DNA from: a bacterium
GTDB taxonomy: Bacteria > Actinomycetota > Acidimicrobiia > Spongiisociales > UBA5794
Direction of reading: 5' to 3'
Assembly (NCBI GenBank): GCA_024228555.1
Contig: JAAETI010000355.1
Span: forward strand, 3,602 to 67,601
Length of the DNA: 64,000 nucleotides
Notes under the pieces: model-generated
What the model saw: the letters and a program-made list of their open reading frames with translations, nothing else
Told to the model about the DNA's origin: nothing
Database searches by the model: none
In this document: positions 61,854-64,000 of the stretch, one piece after another
Layout of the letters: each line of letters begins with the position of its first letter
How positions within the stretch are numbered: the first letter of the stretch is position 1
Program-made: the position numbers and the translations under genes

Positions 61854-61912
61854 GCGGTTCAGCCTGCCGAAGTCCCCCAAGTTCAGCGCCCCTGCCTCTA
61901 CGCTGCGGTGCG

Positions 61913-62728
61913 ATGGAGCCGAGCCGAAACGGATGGCGGGGACGAGTCCGCCACATCATCTTTGACCATGACACGCCTGAATCAAGGGCGTTCGATGTAT
62001 TCCTGCTTGCCCTAATCAGCTTCAGCGTGCTGCTCGTCATGCTCGAGACCGTCGAGGAGCTTGACGACCGCTACGGCGACCTTCTGCTCACGCTCGAGTG
62101 GATCGTGACGATCCTGTTCACTGTGGAGTATCTCGCCCGGCTGGCAACCGTCGATAACAAGCTCCGCTATGCCCGAAGCTTCTTCGGCATCGTTGACTTG
62201 TTGGCGATCTTGCCGGTTTATTTGAGCTTGTTCGGTCCGGGTACGCAGTCTCTCCTTGTCATCCGGTCGCTGCGGCTGTTGCGAGTCTTTCGGGTGTTCA
62301 AGATGGCGCGGTGGATGAGCGATGCGAACTATCTGGTGCGGGCCATCAAGGCAAGCTCCCGCAAGATCGTCGTGTTCCTGATCGTGGTGGTTCTCATCAA
62401 CGTCATCGTTGGCTCGACCATGTACCTGATCGAAGGCCCGGAGCATGGGTTCGACTCGATGTTCCGCGGGCTCTATTGGTCGATAGTCACAATGAGCACC
62501 GTCGGCTTCGGCGACATCGCGCCTTCGACACCTCCCGGTCAGATTCTGGCTGCGATCCTGATGATCACCGGCTACAGCGTCATCGCGGTGCCAACCGGAA
62601 TCGTCTCCGCAGAGGTGGCAGTCGCAGGTCAGCGGGAGACGTCGTGCCCCGGTTGCGGCTCGGCGGTGCATTCGAGGACGGCCCGCTTCTGCGACGCATG
62701 CGGCTCTGAACTTTCCAGCGGTTCCTAG
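61913..62728 (+). CDS. voltage-gated K+ channel (Kv-like, S1-S6) with C-terminal zinc-ribbon
   Basis: S4 Arg ladder LRLLRVFRVFKMARW, selectivity filter TVGFGD, and C-terminal CPGCGS...CDACGS. Confidence 0.8.
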   Translation: MEPSRNGWRGRVRHIIFDHDTPESRAFDVFLLALISFSVLLVMLETVEELDDRYGDLLLTLEWIVTILFTVEYLARLATVDNKLRYARSFFGIVDLLAILPVYLSLFGPGTQSLLVIRSLRLLRVFRVFKMARWMSDANYLVRAIKASSRKIVVFLIVVVLINVIVGSTMYLIEGPEHGFDSMFRGLYWSIVTMSTVGFGDIAPSTPPGQILAAILMITGYSVIAVPTGIVSAEVAVAGQRETSCPGCGSAVHSRTARFCDACGSELSSGS

Positions 62729-62833
62729 CGGGACGCGAAAAAGAAGACGGGCCACCCGAAGGTGGCCCGTCTTCTTCTGTTCTTGCGTAGATCGGTGCGC
62801 ATATGCAACGGCGATGTACGCAAGTTTGGTTTC

Positions 62834-64000
62834 TTAGAGTCCGACTCGCTCGTTGAACTGACCGATCAGTTCGTCGATGGGATCGACCATGGCCTGGATT
62901 GAGGTCCAGTAGTCCGGGTCGTACCACTGCGCCTGGATCTCGTCGTAGGTCTTGCCTTGCTGCTCGACCCACGTGTAGTACTTCAGGTTGTGGACCCGCT
63001 TCTTGTCGTAGTACGACAGTTCCTGAACGTGGTCGATGCCTGCTCCGTGAAGGTGGCGTGCCATCGTGGCGGCCGCATTGACGTTCGTGAACTCGCCGCG
63101 CTCTTCGTTGAGCTCGACAAGACGTGATCCGTACATTTCCATCGAGTCGGTACCGACGGTCATGATGACGTCGTTGGAATCCATCTCGTAGTACTTCGCC
63201 ATCTTGATGGCGGACAACATGTTGCCAACACCGGAGATACCAAGCAGCGGCAGCTGCTCGATGAGATCGGGCTTTACACCCTGATCGACGAGGTAGCTGA
63301 CACCTGCAGGTTCGTTGAACAAGCGGATGATCTCCATCGATGCCTCATCGTCGAGACCGATACCGAGATCGGTGTTCTTGACGTTGTGCACCCATGGGAT
63401 GTGTTTGTCGCCGATACCTTCGATGCGATGCTCGCCAAACCCGTTGTACAGGATGGTCGGGCATTGCACGGCTTCGCCTGCTGCAATCTTGGAGGTCGGG
63501 AAGACCTGCTTGAGATAGTCGCCGGAACCGATGGTTCCTGCCGAGCCGGTTGTCAGGGTGACGCCGGCGAACCGGTCGTTGGGACCCATGACCTGGTTGA
63601 GTACCTCAACCATTGCGGGGCCGGTCACTGCGTAGTGCCACAGGTAGTTGCCGAACTCGTCGAACTGGTTGAAGATGACGAGGTCCTGGCCGGACTGCCG
63701 CAACTCGTTGCACTTGTCGAAGATCTCTTTGACGTTGGACTCTGAGCCCGGTGTTTTGATGATCTCGCCTGCAACGCTCTCGAGCCACTCGAACCGTTCC
63801 CGGCTCATGCCCTCGGGGAGGATGGCGATGGATTCGCAACCGAGAAGGTTGGAGTCGTATGCGCCACCCCGGCAGTAGTTGCCGGTCGAAGGCCACACGG
63901 CCTTCTGGGTTGCCGGGTCGAACTGGCCGGTGACCAGCCGCGGGGCCAGACATCCGAACGCAGCGCCGACTTTGTGGGCACCGGTCGGGAACCACTTGCC
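62834..64000 (-). CDS. fold-type II PLP-dependent enzyme (cysteine synthase/TrpB-like family), N-terminus beyond window
   Basis: Hand-extended upstream to the window edge, giving GKWFPTGAHKVGAAF...WPSTGNYCRGGA...LPEGMSRERFEWLESVAGEIIKT. These match the PLP-lysine, glycine-loop and MPE.MS.ER blocks of the cysteine synthase fold. Confidence 0.65.
   Translation of the reverse strand, partial: GKWFPTGAHKVGAAFGCLAPRLVTGQFDPATQKAVWPSTGNYCRGGAYDSNLLGCESIAILPEGMSRERFEWLESVAGEIIKTPGSESNVKEIFDKCNELRQSGQDLVIFNQFDEFGNYLWHYAVTGPAMVEVLNQVMGPNDRFAGVTLTTGSAGTIGSGDYLKQVFPTSKIAAGEAVQCPTILYNGFGEHRIEGIGDKHIPWVHNVKNTDLGIGLDDEASMEIIRLFNEPAGVSYLVDQGVKPDLIEQLPLLGISGVGNMLSAIKMAKYYEMDSNDVIMTVGTDSMEMYGSRLVELNEERGEFTNVNAAATMARHLHGAGIDHVQELSYYDKKRVHNLKYYTWVEQQGKTYDEIQAQWYDPDYWTSIQAMVDPIDELIGQFNERVGL

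Overview
This window is a high-GC (about 65%) chromosomal segment, probably actinobacterial. The evidence for that is a DivIVA-domain gene, a Tat-dependent DUF1800/DUF1501 pair, MoxR-DUF58-VWA genes and Hsp20. It is densely coding; about 70 genes are supportable. The main content is a nucleoside/purine-type catabolic island. It holds two BMP-family (PnrA-like) nucleoside ABC transporters, a PucR-like regulator, and an xdhD-ssnA-ygfK-like operon in the same order as E. coli ygfK-ssnA-ygfM-xdhD. It also holds a second operon encoding a molybdenum hydroxylase (FAD subunit plus fused Fe-S/MoCo subunit) followed by XdhC and the two selenium-dependent molybdenum hydroxylase accessory markers YqeB and YqeC. 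A MocA-type cytidylyltransferase lies divergently next to it. In this second hydroxylase all eight cysteines of the two [2Fe-2S] motifs are substituted, although the fold and the MoCo motifs are retained. Other content: a histidine kinase/OmpR pair, Lrp with a Cys/Met-family PLP enzyme, SurE, Hsp20 with candidate operator palindromes, a UvrD-like helicase, a gdhA operon carrying two tandem paralogous small proteins and a CaiB-family CoA-transferase without a canonical start, a TetR/ABC-2 exporter followed by a 558-aa hypothetical protein, a protease-MoxR-DUF58-VWA operon, and a Kv-like channel. Two gene remnants are present: a FadD C-terminal fragment and a CHAT-domain pseudogene with an in-frame TGA. 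No tRNA, rRNA, CRISPR array or intact transposase was seen. Start coordinates are approximate (±1-3 nt) where I re-derived them by hand.
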